NCBI GenBank assembly: GCA_028287925.1
Contig: JAQBOS010000086.1
Coordinates: 1-46,790, forward strand
Origin: Mucilaginibacter sp.
Lineage (GTDB): Bacteria; Bacteroidota; Bacteroidia; Sphingobacteriales; Sphingobacteriaceae
Direction of reading: 5' to 3'
Length of the DNA: 46,790 nucleotides
Positions 37,199 through 46,370 of this stretch are shown here, in pieces (the first letter of the stretch is position 1; every line of letters starts with the position of its first letter). Under the pieces are notes generated by a model. It searched no databases, was not told the origin of the DNA, and saw nothing but the letters and a program-made list of their open reading frames with translations. The translations under genes were made by a program, and so were the position numbers.

Positions 37199-37232
37199 TA
37201 TCTCCCGAAAATCTACCCATCTATCCCGAAAA
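37199..37232 (+). promoter_or_regulatory. Second TCCCGAA 21-bp-period direct repeat
   Basis: TATC-TCCCGAA-N14-TCCCGAA. Confidence 0.55.
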
Positions 37233-37464
37233 ATATTTTTTTGAAATGAAAACAAAAATGAGAACCTCTGTATGCTGCAATAAGAGAGATTCCTTGTTAA
37301 AATCTAATAAATCTTTAGGATCAATTTCCCGAGCTTTGGGCAATTCAGCAAGAGAAGGAGAGCAATATTTTGCTTTCCTCATGTGAATAATTTAACCCAA
37401 TATCATTAACAGAGCGTGCAAGTACGTAACTCCTAAAATCATAAGTAGTAAAATATTGGTTCAC

Positions 37465-37546
37465 TTGTCATTAAACATACTACTATATAGCTATCCTAAA
37501 TCCCCGATATAGGTATTTTAACCCTCTGACCCTCAATATAATTTTG
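37465..37546 (+). promoter_or_regulatory. Promoter homologous to the Crp-gene promoter
   Basis: Aligns without gaps to 24841-24922; -7 element TAATTTTG at 37539. Confidence 0.65.
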
Positions 37547-37586
37547 ACCCACTTTTAAATTTTCAAAAAAATATTTGGAGTCAATT

Positions 37587-38753
37587 ATGAATTTCATAAC
37601 TATTCAGCTTCAGCAATTTGTGCGGGAATCGATAAGCCCCCAAAGGTTTATCGGAAAACAAATTTCATCTGACGAATTTATTAAATGGAAGAATTTCGTA
37701 GAAAAAGAAATCGCATCTGTAAATCCGGCCGTTTTAAATTCAAAATTACATAAACGGGATATTGCAGTTTTAATATCACAAGCTGTTGATTTAAGTAATA
37801 CCGTTAACTCTTATGTATTTAAGAGATCCTCAATTTTGAGAAATCATATACAGGCCAGCGTTATAAAAGAGCACTATAATTATACCCTTTGTCTTTTTGA
37901 AGGACTAATTAAAGAGCTAAATGATTTGTTTCCAAATGAGGCTGGTGCTGTAAAAATCTCTAATCCAAACTTATTTGAAACAATTTCCAGCTTGAAAATG
38001 CATTATTATAAATTGGACAGACATCTACAAAATTCAGACATTGAAAAAGATTTATTAGATATTGTCATGGCGGGAATTCTAAAACTAATTCGTAAGAAAA
38101 ACATCACACGGAACGACACGCTGTACATTAATTCATTAATTACTTTTCTTTTAGATGGGGGATCTTTAAATAACCAACAGCTGACGGATTTACTAATAAT
38201 TCACGATTTCAATACCCCGAATTTCTACCTTTATAATGTAAATTCATGGAAAAACCGCTTAGAAGATATTCCTGGACTGCATGAACAAAGAGAAATGTTG
38301 TTATTGGAAAAGGATCGGCTTTATAATCTATTTATCGAAAAAGGTTTGGTGATGCCTTTTATTAAAAAAAGCCTATTTATTGAGTTGGATGAGTTTTTAA
38401 ATGAGAAATATTCGGTAACCAAACAAATGGTTAAATTAACGAGAAAACTAATTCAGGATAATGAAAAAACAAAAGCCGGAACACGTTTTTTAATTAATAT
38501 GCCTGTTGCCCAGTTTGGCCTTTTTATAAGAATCCAAATTGAAAAAGGGCTGTTAGTTAAAGAAAATATTGGAGAGCTATTTAAGTTTTTCGCTACTCAT
38601 TTTTATACGCCAAATGCGTTATACATTTCTGCAGACAGTTTGCAGAAAAAATCAACCGATGTAGAATTTGCGACTGCGCAAAAGCTCAAAGCTCAGTTGA
38701 TCGCCATGCTTAATTGGTTAAATACTACTTATAATCTTTCCAATTATAATTAG
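37587..38753 (+). CDS. Hypothetical helical protein, possible ICE regulator
   Basis: Long intact ORF (TTG 37575 or ATG 37587); C-terminal MPVAQFGLFIR..HFYT..ISADSLQKK may be a DNA-binding domain (inference). Confidence 0.7.
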   Translation: MNFITIQLQQFVRESISPQRFIGKQISSDEFIKWKNFVEKEIASVNPAVLNSKLHKRDIAVLISQAVDLSNTVNSYVFKRSSILRNHIQASVIKEHYNYTLCLFEGLIKELNDLFPNEAGAVKISNPNLFETISSLKMHYYKLDRHLQNSDIEKDLLDIVMAGILKLIRKKNITRNDTLYINSLITFLLDGGSLNNQQLTDLLIIHDFNTPNFYLYNVNSWKNRLEDIPGLHEQREMLLLEKDRLYNLFIEKGLVMPFIKKSLFIELDEFLNEKYSVTKQMVKLTRKLIQDNEKTKAGTRFLINMPVAQFGLFIRIQIEKGLLVKENIGELFKFFATHFYTPNALYISADSLQKKSTDVEFATAQKLKAQLIAMLNWLNTTYNLSNYN

Positions 38754-38868
38754 CCATTGACTTAAGATAAAAGGTCTATATAAAAACAAAGAATTTATGA
38801 TCATATTAGTTGTTTAGAATTGGTAATTACATTACCAATTTACATTCCTCAACTCAAACAACATATAC

Positions 38869-39135
38869 ATGAATAACAGATATTCATTTAAGCTAATGTT
38901 TTGGTCTTACACCTTTTGTGCTATCCCATTCCTGTTTTTTGGCGGCATTTTATCATTTTTTAACGTAATTCCAGTGGAATTCAATGGCTCTTCTCGATTT
39001 GGCATTCAGGGGTTTGTGATTGCTGTAATATTTATACCATTTTTTGGTTTGATCTTTAGTTGCACAAATTGGCTTGCCTTAAATTTCGGACGTTTCCTAT
39101 ATGTTACTTTCTTAAAGGCTATTAAATCGAAATAA
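38869..39135 (+). CDS. Small two-TM membrane protein
   Basis: 88 aa, strongly hydrophobic. Confidence 0.6.
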   Translation: MNNRYSFKLMFWSYTFCAIPFLFFGGILSFFNVIPVEFNGSSRFGIQGFVIAVIFIPFFGLIFSCTNWLALNFGRFLYVTFLKAIKSK

Positions 39136-39446
39136 TTTATTTAATGTGTGCAATCAATGAATTTATTTTAAATGATTCCTTTTTTACCAAAAATTTAAAA
39201 ATTTAGCCATATTTGATTTTTTATAAAAATGGAATTTCAACCTGTATTTTAAATGATGATGTTCTTTTTTAACATATTTGGAGTTGTAGATTTTGGTGTT
39301 TTAGAATTTTTCAGGTTAACTAATAGTTACAGAAACAAAGTAATTTTCAACCGGTCGCGTCAAAGTTCTTTCCGGTCTTCTATGGGCTCTTAGGTCGAAA
39401 TTTCCCTCTCCGATTAAAATCTGTAAAAATTCAAACTACGAACATA

Positions 39447-40991
39447 TTAAAGGTGAGCTTCCGGCTTGCCCTGCATCCCGAGTTCAACTAAATGTGCAAT
39501 GAATTGTACAAAAGGAGCAATATCCTGTTCCGCACTTGCCTTTTCTAATGCCTGCATATAGGTATTCCGCTTTTCAACAGGGATCACAGTCCAGGGATAA
39601 CCACCTGAAGCCAGCATAGCATTCATCAGGAACCTACCTATCCGGCCGTTACCATCCATATAAGGGTGAATGAAGACAAAGATAAAATGTCCCAACACAG
39701 CGCGGACAGAAGCTTCCGGTTCCGCTTCCAGCAGTTCAAAGAAAACCGGCATAACATCCCGCATAGCCTCCACACTGAGTGGCACATGCTTAGAGCCGCT
39801 AATATAAACCTGGTTACCCCGGTAACCTGCCAGATCCACAGGGCGTAAAATCCCTGCGGCAACACTCGGGTCGAATAATTCGCGGTACCATTTACTATGA
39901 TCCCGACTGAGCTGGCTTCCTGCGTTTGCACCATTTAATATCGCATTAATAGAAGATTTAACTTCCTGAAAAGCCTGCCAATAACCTCTTGCTGCCATCG
40001 CATCTTTTTGTTTTTTATCCGCCCCGTTACCACCTTTATCCCATTCACCGCTGCGTACCCTTTCGATCAGTTCCGGTGTTACACGGTATCGCTCAATTGA
40101 AAGGGAATGATAAGCATCCGTTACATAAATTTCATCAACATGTTTCAAATAGCCTGAAATGTCTTTCGTCATGCCTGGCGGTTTTGGGAAATTACGAATG
40201 ACCACATCCCGCATTTCCTTCCATGTCAGTTTGATCCTGTTGACGTAGGGGGAACGCTCACGCGGGGAAAGTTCAATATCCAGCCTGTAAGTGAACGGAT
40301 CAGATTCCCTTGTGTCAAATCCCGCTGCCTTCATAGTTTCAACAATGTCCGTAGCGATCTTTTCACGGCCGATATTCCTAAAAGCTCCTGCTAAACGGCC
40401 TGCGATCCGGGTATGCCCATTTTCCAGCAACAAAGGCAATAATTCCGAAGCGTCCCGTATCATGGATAAGCCGGTCCTGGTATCTATTGGATTACTCGTA
40501 AAGATGGCCGGAGAACTATAGACCAAAGCTGCCTGTGGCTGGTACATCCGTATCCCGTTTATGATCGTTGTCGCGTTTGCGGGTATTTCTGCTTTAAGGT
40601 TAAACAAAGAACTCTGATGCGGCAAAGACATCGGCGTATTGTTAGCTTTTGGTGACCTGACGATCAACTGAGGTGGAACAGACCAGTTTCCTGCATGTAT
40701 CAGTAAAGATTGTTCCGGTGAAATACACCAGTCATTCCCATATTTTTGTTCTAAAAATTTAGCGCAAAAATCCCAATAAGAGCTATACCATGCGGTGCTG
40801 TCGCCGGGATTTTCCAATGGGTCAGATGGGATGTACCAGCCTTTTGAAACTTCCTTCAGAAACCCTCTTTTTACTAACAGTGTTCTTTGATCGCGTGGCA
40901 ATTCTGCCGTATGTATCGCTACCTCTCCCTTGTCCTGTAACGCTTTTAGCAGGCTCAATGCTTCTGCTAACTTTTCTCCCGGTGTTGCCAT
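39447..40991 (-). CDS. Fic-domain protein with long N-terminal extension
   Basis: Fic motif HPYMDGNGRIGR; YHSLSIE; likely start MATPGEKL at 40991. Confidence 0.93.
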   Translation of the reverse strand: MATPGEKLAEALSLLKALQDKGEVAIHTAELPRDQRTLLVKRGFLKEVSKGWYIPSDPLENPGDSTAWYSSYWDFCAKFLEQKYGNDWCISPEQSLLIHAGNWSVPPQLIVRSPKANNTPMSLPHQSSLFNLKAEIPANATTIINGIRMYQPQAALVYSSPAIFTSNPIDTRTGLSMIRDASELLPLLLENGHTRIAGRLAGAFRNIGREKIATDIVETMKAAGFDTRESDPFTYRLDIELSPRERSPYVNRIKLTWKEMRDVVIRNFPKPPGMTKDISGYLKHVDEIYVTDAYHSLSIERYRVTPELIERVRSGEWDKGGNGADKKQKDAMAARGYWQAFQEVKSSINAILNGANAGSQLSRDHSKWYRELFDPSVAAGILRPVDLAGYRGNQVYISGSKHVPLSVEAMRDVMPVFFELLEAEPEASVRAVLGHFIFVFIHPYMDGNGRIGRFLMNAMLASGGYPWTVIPVEKRNTYMQALEKASAEQDIAPFVQFIAHLVELGMQGKPEAHL

Positions 40992-41030
40992 AATTAATAA
41001 AATAATATTGGATTTTCTGTTTACCCTTTT

Positions 41031-41126
41031 GTACAAATGCAATGATATATAACAGTTCAATCACAATTATATACCCACGTACAAATACAATTATATTCAA
41101 ATGTACAAATACAATTATATTAAACA
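41031..41126. repeat. Four tandem imperfect 24-bp repeats upstream of the Fic gene
   Basis: Units start at 41031, 41055, 41079 and 41103; consensus GTACAAATACAATTATAT-N6. Confidence 0.8.
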
Positions 41127-41214
41127 AAATAAACAAAGGCCGATACCTAAATCCTCAAATGAAAGCGCCAGGCATTTCGCATACAATATTTATGTTCGTA
41201 TGCTAAAAGGCCAT

Positions 41215-41244
41215 GTCCACAAAGTAAAATGGCACGTTCACAAA
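41215..41244 (+). promoter_or_regulatory. 21-bp-period direct repeat GTyCACAAA upstream of the VKOR operon
   Basis: GTCCACAAA at 41215 and GTTCACAAA at 41236. Confidence 0.45.
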
Positions 41245-41396
41245 CTTCTTAGTTATTTATTTCTCAGGAACACTACTTTTAAGTGTCAAAGACACTTAAA
41301 CATTAATATTTCGATATCAACTATATAATTTGAGCTTTATGCCTATGTAGTAAATATTAAAAACTAAACCCTAAACCAGAAATATATTTAATAAGC

Positions 41397-42989
41397 ATGC
41401 TTTCATTTACCACCTACCAAAACCCAGAAGCAGCAGTCAACAAATTATTAACGACCTTATCAATTAAAATTGATCCTGAAATCATTAGTGGCGAATTAGA
41501 AAAACACCCGGATTACCCAAGCCTTTTGGCTTTAAGCGAAGTATTAACGGCGCTAAATATCGAAAATGCGGCTTACCACGTTGATACGAACAGTTTGACA
41601 AACGTACCATGCCCATTTATAGCGCATACTAATATTAATGGCGGTGATTTTTTAGTGGTAAATAAAATTAATGGCGATAAAGTTACAGTGTCCAGCGAAA
41701 AATGGAACAATCACAAGATAAACCTTGATGAATTTAAAAAATTATTCAAAGGCATTGTTTTAACAGCCGAACCGTCTGCAATTTTTAAAACAACTCCTTA
41801 CACAACTTTATTATCCACCATTAAAATTCCGGCCATATCAGCGGCACTTTTATTGATCTTAGTACTGGCACTTTTTAATACCGGGTATTTTTCAAAAATA
41901 GACTGGCAAACAGTACTGCTAACAATTTTTAAAACTGTCGGGTTAATAACTTCGATATTATTGTTGATCCAATCCATTGATAGTAATAACCCTTTGGTTC
42001 AAAAGCTTTGTCAAAGCGGTACTAAAACGAATTGCAACGTTATATTAACCTCAAAAGCGGCAAAAGTATTTGATGGGCTTACCTGGAGCGAGGTTGGTTT
42101 CTTTTATTTTTCAGGAACCTGGTTGATATTATTATTAGGAGGCGGGTCAGGTACTATTTGGTGGATATTGGCCGGACTAAACATTTTAAGCTTACCCTAC
42201 ACCTTTTATTCCATTTATTACCAAGCCCGTATAGCAAAGCAATGGTGTGTGTTATGTTGCACCGTACAGGCGGTGTTATGGTTAGAGTTCGTTCCATTAA
42301 TTACTATTGCCTATAAACCGTCTTTCAGACTTAAAGATGTCTGGGTAAGCACCGCAGGTACTATTATTTCCAGCATGTTGATCCCCGTCATTTTATGGCT
42401 AATTGCAAAACCTTTGATTTTAAAAGTAAAGCAATTACGGCCTTTAAAACAGCAATTGCGAAAGTTTAAATACAACACCAACCTGTTTAACAATGCCTTA
42501 ATGACACAACCTAAGTATTCTCAACCCGATGATACCTGGAGCATAGTTTTAGGCAATTTGAAAGCTGATCATATTATAACTATGGTAAGTAATCCCTATT
42601 GTGCCCCCTGTGCCAAAGCACATAATCAATTAATTGAATTGCTGGAACAGCGTGATGATTTACAGGCCCGAATAGTGTTTACGGCCAGTAATACTGATGA
42701 AGATATAAAAACCCCGGTAAGCCGCCACCTGATGGCACTGAACCAAAAGCCGGATAAAACGATTGTAAAAGAAGCCCTTCACGATTGGTATCAACAAAAA
42801 CAAAAAACTTACGAAGCCTGGGCAAAGGTTTACCCGGTACAAATAGTTGAAGCAGATTTTCACAAGCTTGACAAACAAAGAATATGGTGTGAAATGGCAG
42901 AGGTTACTGCTACTCCTACAATGTTGCTCAACGGTTACCGCCTGTCCGATTTGTATCAATTACCCGATCTAAAATACATGCTTGAATAA
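41397..42989 (+). CDS. C39-peptidase-like / VKOR / thioredoxin fusion protein
   Basis: HPDYPSLLALSEVL and PFIAH (C39-like); LCQSGTKTNC..S and WCVLC (VKOR); NPYCAPC and TPTMLLNG (DsbA-like). Confidence 0.9.
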   Translation: MLSFTTYQNPEAAVNKLLTTLSIKIDPEIISGELEKHPDYPSLLALSEVLTALNIENAAYHVDTNSLTNVPCPFIAHTNINGGDFLVVNKINGDKVTVSSEKWNNHKINLDEFKKLFKGIVLTAEPSAIFKTTPYTTLLSTIKIPAISAALLLILVLALFNTGYFSKIDWQTVLLTIFKTVGLITSILLLIQSIDSNNPLVQKLCQSGTKTNCNVILTSKAAKVFDGLTWSEVGFFYFSGTWLILLLGGGSGTIWWILAGLNILSLPYTFYSIYYQARIAKQWCVLCCTVQAVLWLEFVPLITIAYKPSFRLKDVWVSTAGTIISSMLIPVILWLIAKPLILKVKQLRPLKQQLRKFKYNTNLFNNALMTQPKYSQPDDTWSIVLGNLKADHIITMVSNPYCAPCAKAHNQLIELLEQRDDLQARIVFTASNTDEDIKTPVSRHLMALNQKPDKTIVKEALHDWYQQKQKTYEAWAKVYPVQIVEADFHKLDKQRIWCEMAEVTATPTMLLNGYRLSDLYQLPDLKYMLE

Positions 42990-43096
42990 ACATAAAAGAT
43001 ACTTTGTGCACAAAAGTAAAAGGAGCATGCACTTTGTAATACATGCCGATGCCGGAGCGTTTTCGGAAAAAATAATTTTTACTAAATACCTTTATT

Positions 43097-43273
43097 ATGG
43101 AAAATTTCAAAAAACTCAGCAAATCTGAGATGAAAAATGTTGTAGGTGGTGTTATGAAATGTTGTGGCCATACTGCTGATGGTGCACAAAGCCAATGTGG
43201 ACTTACTATGGACGCCGCCAAAGCTTGGGAAATGTGGTGCTGTGCAAGTTGCCAGGGCCCGTACAATAACTAA
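43097..43273 (+). CDS. 58-aa double-glycine-leader, six-Cys peptide precursor
   Basis: Manual translation MENFKKLSKSEMKNVVGG|VMKCCGHTADGAQSQCGLTMDAAKAWEMWCCASCQGPYNN; followed by a terminator; missed by the ORF track. Confidence 0.88.
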   Translation: MENFKKLSKSEMKNVVGGVMKCCGHTADGAQSQCGLTMDAAKAWEMWCCASCQGPYNN

Positions 43274-43284
43274 AAAAATGCAAT

Positions 43285-43310
43285 AAAGGATGGTATATTA
43301 CCATCCTTTT
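43285..43310 (+). terminator. Intrinsic terminator after the peptide gene
   Basis: AAAGGATGGTA-TAT-TACCATCCTTTT. Confidence 0.75.
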
Positions 43311-43326
43311 AATTACTAAAATTATT

Positions 43327-44793
43327 ATGAAGTTATCCTCAAACTATATATTTTTTCTTCTATTGGTATTTATCGCCTGCAAAGACAATACTAAAAAAGC
43401 AACAAAAGTAACACCTGTAAAACTAATTGTTAGTGACACCATTACCATCAATGGTGATAGCAAAAATGTCAGCACCAGAAAAACGACTTATCTATGTTAT
43501 TGGGATAAATACGATAATAACATATTGTATTCGAATGATTTTAAGGACACTAAACAGTTCACGTATAAAATCCCTACAAAGATCCCTGTAGTTTTACGAG
43601 ATATAGATGTACTTGGAGGGGTTAATTACGTTTTATTACCAGGAGACCACATATCGGTGTCATCCAATCCCCAACACGAACTGCTTAAACTTGAAGTTCC
43701 AAAAGATTCAATAAGGAATAACGAGCTTGACTTTTTTTGTGCGTTGAGTAAAGACAGGAATAAATTTGTTTCTTATCAAATGGTAGCGGCCATGAAATTT
43801 AAATGGCCGCAAAATGAAGTATTTGAAGAATACTTTATTAATTATCGGTACGATAACTATGATTTTGTCGCTAAATACGGAGAAGCCAAGTATAAGGATG
43901 AATTATTATTCTTAAGCAATTACACAAAATCAAAGAAAATCAGCAAGCAGATGCAGGGAATATTCACGGATATGATTTTTTTCAAATACACTGCAAACCG
44001 GTTGAAGTTGGATTTAACCTTGCTAACAAAAAATAAATTAGCAGATAGCCTGCTTGAACGTGACATAAAACTTTTGGGTACAACAGCCACTAAAGCCAAT
44101 TATCTATATCTTGAAGTTTTCAAACACGCATTATTATACTATCTTCAAATCCGGCAAGAACAAAAACAACATCCCATAAATACTTTAATAAAGCAAGATT
44201 TTACAGGGGTAACCAGGGATTATTTACTTTTTGACGTGGTAAAAAAAGCAATAGCCGGGCGTACTTATACCACAGCTATGTTAGATAGCTTTAATAAAGA
44301 TTGCACCGACCAGGATTTCAAGACGGAGATTAGTAAAAATTTAGAATTGATCTCACCTGCTAAAAAAACAATCCTGATAACAAGCACAGGTACTAAAATA
44401 ACTTATGATGATCTAATAAGCCAAAACAAAGGCAAAGTTATCTATATAGATTTTTGGGCAAGTTGGTGTATGCCTTGTATTCAGCAAATGCCTTATTCTT
44501 TAAAGTTGCATCATGATCTTGAAAAATACCCAATTAGTTTTGTTTACTGTTCAATGGATGAGTCCATGTCGTCCTGGGAGACAAAGGCTGATGGATTGGG
44601 AATAGGCACCGAAAATAGTTTTTTAGTATCCAATAATTTCAAAAGCACTTTAGCTAAAGGCTTTAATATAACTACGATACCACGATACATTATTATTAAT
44701 AAGGCTGGGAAAGTAGTATCTGTTGGGGGCTATTTACCGAATCAATCATCAACTAAAGCATACTTGTTGAAACTAATTGAAACTGACAAATAA
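43327..44793 (+). CDS. TlpA/ResA-family thiol-disulfide oxidoreductase lipoprotein
   Basis: Lipobox FIAC; KGKVIYIDFWASWCMPC; IPRYIII. Confidence 0.92.
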   Translation: MKLSSNYIFFLLLVFIACKDNTKKATKVTPVKLIVSDTITINGDSKNVSTRKTTYLCYWDKYDNNILYSNDFKDTKQFTYKIPTKIPVVLRDIDVLGGVNYVLLPGDHISVSSNPQHELLKLEVPKDSIRNNELDFFCALSKDRNKFVSYQMVAAMKFKWPQNEVFEEYFINYRYDNYDFVAKYGEAKYKDELLFLSNYTKSKKISKQMQGIFTDMIFFKYTANRLKLDLTLLTKNKLADSLLERDIKLLGTTATKANYLYLEVFKHALLYYLQIRQEQKQHPINTLIKQDFTGVTRDYLLFDVVKKAIAGRTYTTAMLDSFNKDCTDQDFKTEISKNLELISPAKKTILITSTGTKITYDDLISQNKGKVIYIDFWASWCMPCIQQMPYSLKLHHDLEKYPISFVYCSMDESMSSWETKADGLGIGTENSFLVSNNFKSTLAKGFNITTIPRYIIINKAGKVVSVGGYLPNQSSTKAYLLKLIETDK

Positions 44794-44937
44794 AACTATC
44801 ATAATCAATAGGTTAAACATTTGTCACCTAAAACACCTTCTTTGTTTTATGGAAACTGAATGGAACTGCCTACCCGTCGTTTAATCTTACTTGATAATAA
44901 CCGACCTTACATATCCCTAATTTTTTTAACACTGGAT

Positions 44938-44972
44938 TAGGTATCACAAAAATGTGATACCTATCTTTTTTT
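44938..44972 (+). terminator. Intrinsic terminator
   Basis: TAGGTATCACA-AAAA-TGTGATACCTA followed by TCTTTTTTT. Confidence 0.75.
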
Positions 44973-45091
44973 CTCTATTTCTGTTCGTTACAAATACCTG
45001 CCCCAAAAGCGCCGCATGTTTAAAAATACCCCATCACCACACAAAAATGCGGCGAAACGGGCACCGGCAGAGCCGGGGCCGCCGGTCAATA

Positions 45092-46228
45092 TCAATAGCT
45101 ATAACTTGAACCTGTTATATCCTTATACCGTTGCCCTAATACCAGGTGGGTCATATCTTTGGCATTGGCGAGATCAACAAACGACTTCACAACGCTTTCC
45201 CTGGTACGCCAGTGAAATGAATAAATTAGTGTTTCCTTATTTAACGTTACGGTTAGCGGTATTGGTAAACGATGGTTATGCGCATTTTGCAGCATCACCA
45301 TCCGGCAGCAGGTATTATGGTAGTCTTTATCGTTTATGTTAAAGGTTTTCAAACGGTCGGCAAGCTTTTCAAGCTGGCACCTGCGCAAATCCGTAATTGG
45401 TTTGCATTTTTTCCTTTTAGGCTTCTTATGATGAACGGTCAGGTCAGCATATAGCATTTCCTCGTTATAGTCGCAGTATTTGCAGCGAATTTCTTCCATC
45501 GCAAACAGCTTATTCCTTTTAAAAACCCTCCTGACAAAATTCTTGCGGGTTCTTTCCTGCGAAATAAATGCTTTCCGTTCGACGGCTTCCGGGGTTAATC
45601 TAATTTCACCCGGTTGCCCTGATGCTGTGTTTTTGTAAAGTTCCCGAAGCAGGATCAGGATGGGTAAGCGTTTTTCCTCGTTTTGTTCCCGCTTTAATTT
45701 TTCACCGATTTCTTTCGCGTTGTAACGATGCCCGTTCTGTATCAACTCCCGGATCAGTCGGCTTTCTTCACTTTCAGGCTGTTGCTGTTTAGCAACAAGC
45801 AATAGACTTTCTTTCTTTCCGATGGTATAAAATCCCTGGTAACTTTTCAGCTTTTCAAGGAAGGCTGTTCCTATGCCGGGTTGTTCCCTTTCCAATTCCT
45901 CTGCTTCCTGTTCCTCGGCATAAATCAGCTTAACCCAATCCTCGTACTGGTGATAACATAGGCGAATATCGAAATGGTGGTATTCAATTTCTTCCTTATT
46001 CATCGGCCTCGACAAAAACGGTACAGCATAAAACAAGCCCATCGGCCTTCGGTTGCGGTCGCACCACGTTTCAGCGTGCATATAAACATAAATGCGTGGC
46101 GGGTATTTGGTTTGAGGTTTAAAGCAATAATCCACCCTTCCTGATACTTTGCGGGGCAAAGCATTTAACCTATCAAATTCCGCTTTTTCACGGGGGGACA
46201 TCACATAACTTTCTTTAATTTTTACCAT
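45092..46228 (-). CDS. Hypothetical basic ICE backbone protein
   Basis: Long intact ORF; likely ATG at 46228 (ORF track 46279). Confidence 0.75.
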   Translation of the reverse strand: MVKIKESYVMSPREKAEFDRLNALPRKVSGRVDYCFKPQTKYPPRIYVYMHAETWCDRNRRPMGLFYAVPFLSRPMNKEEIEYHHFDIRLCYHQYEDWVKLIYAEEQEAEELEREQPGIGTAFLEKLKSYQGFYTIGKKESLLLVAKQQQPESEESRLIRELIQNGHRYNAKEIGEKLKREQNEEKRLPILILLRELYKNTASGQPGEIRLTPEAVERKAFISQERTRKNFVRRVFKRNKLFAMEEIRCKYCDYNEEMLYADLTVHHKKPKRKKCKPITDLRRCQLEKLADRLKTFNINDKDYHNTCCRMVMLQNAHNHRLPIPLTVTLNKETLIYSFHWRTRESVVKSFVDLANAKDMTHLVLGQRYKDITGSSYSY

Positions 46229-46313
46229 TTCCTTAAAATTTAAAAAATGCCTGTATTTCAGAAAAGCAATAGTGGCCAAAGGCAGCTTTGCTTATTTGAA
46301 AGTCTGGCGACCC

Positions 46314-46370
46314 AACACGCCGCCCGGCCTGTTGCGGATGAAAGCAGCAAGTGGCCGGACGGCGCGAGTT
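46314..46370. other. GC-rich intergenic hairpin
   Basis: CGCCGCCCGGCC-TGTTGC..GCAGCA..GGCCGGACGGCG. Confidence 0.5.

Noticed and set aside
41031-41126. CRISPR array
   Set aside because: 24-bp period leaves no room for spacers; no cas genes
40822-41328. ORFs 40822-41136 and 41101-41328
   Set aside because: Run through the tandem repeats and promoter DNA; their repetitive peptides just reflect the DNA repeats
42928-43266. 112-aa minus-strand ORF
   Set aside because: Antisense shadow of the GG-leader peptide gene
43097-43273. Six-Cys GG peptide as the LanB substrate
   Set aside because: It lies about 20 kb away, has few Ser/Thr, and sits with disulfide-forming proteins; not fully excluded
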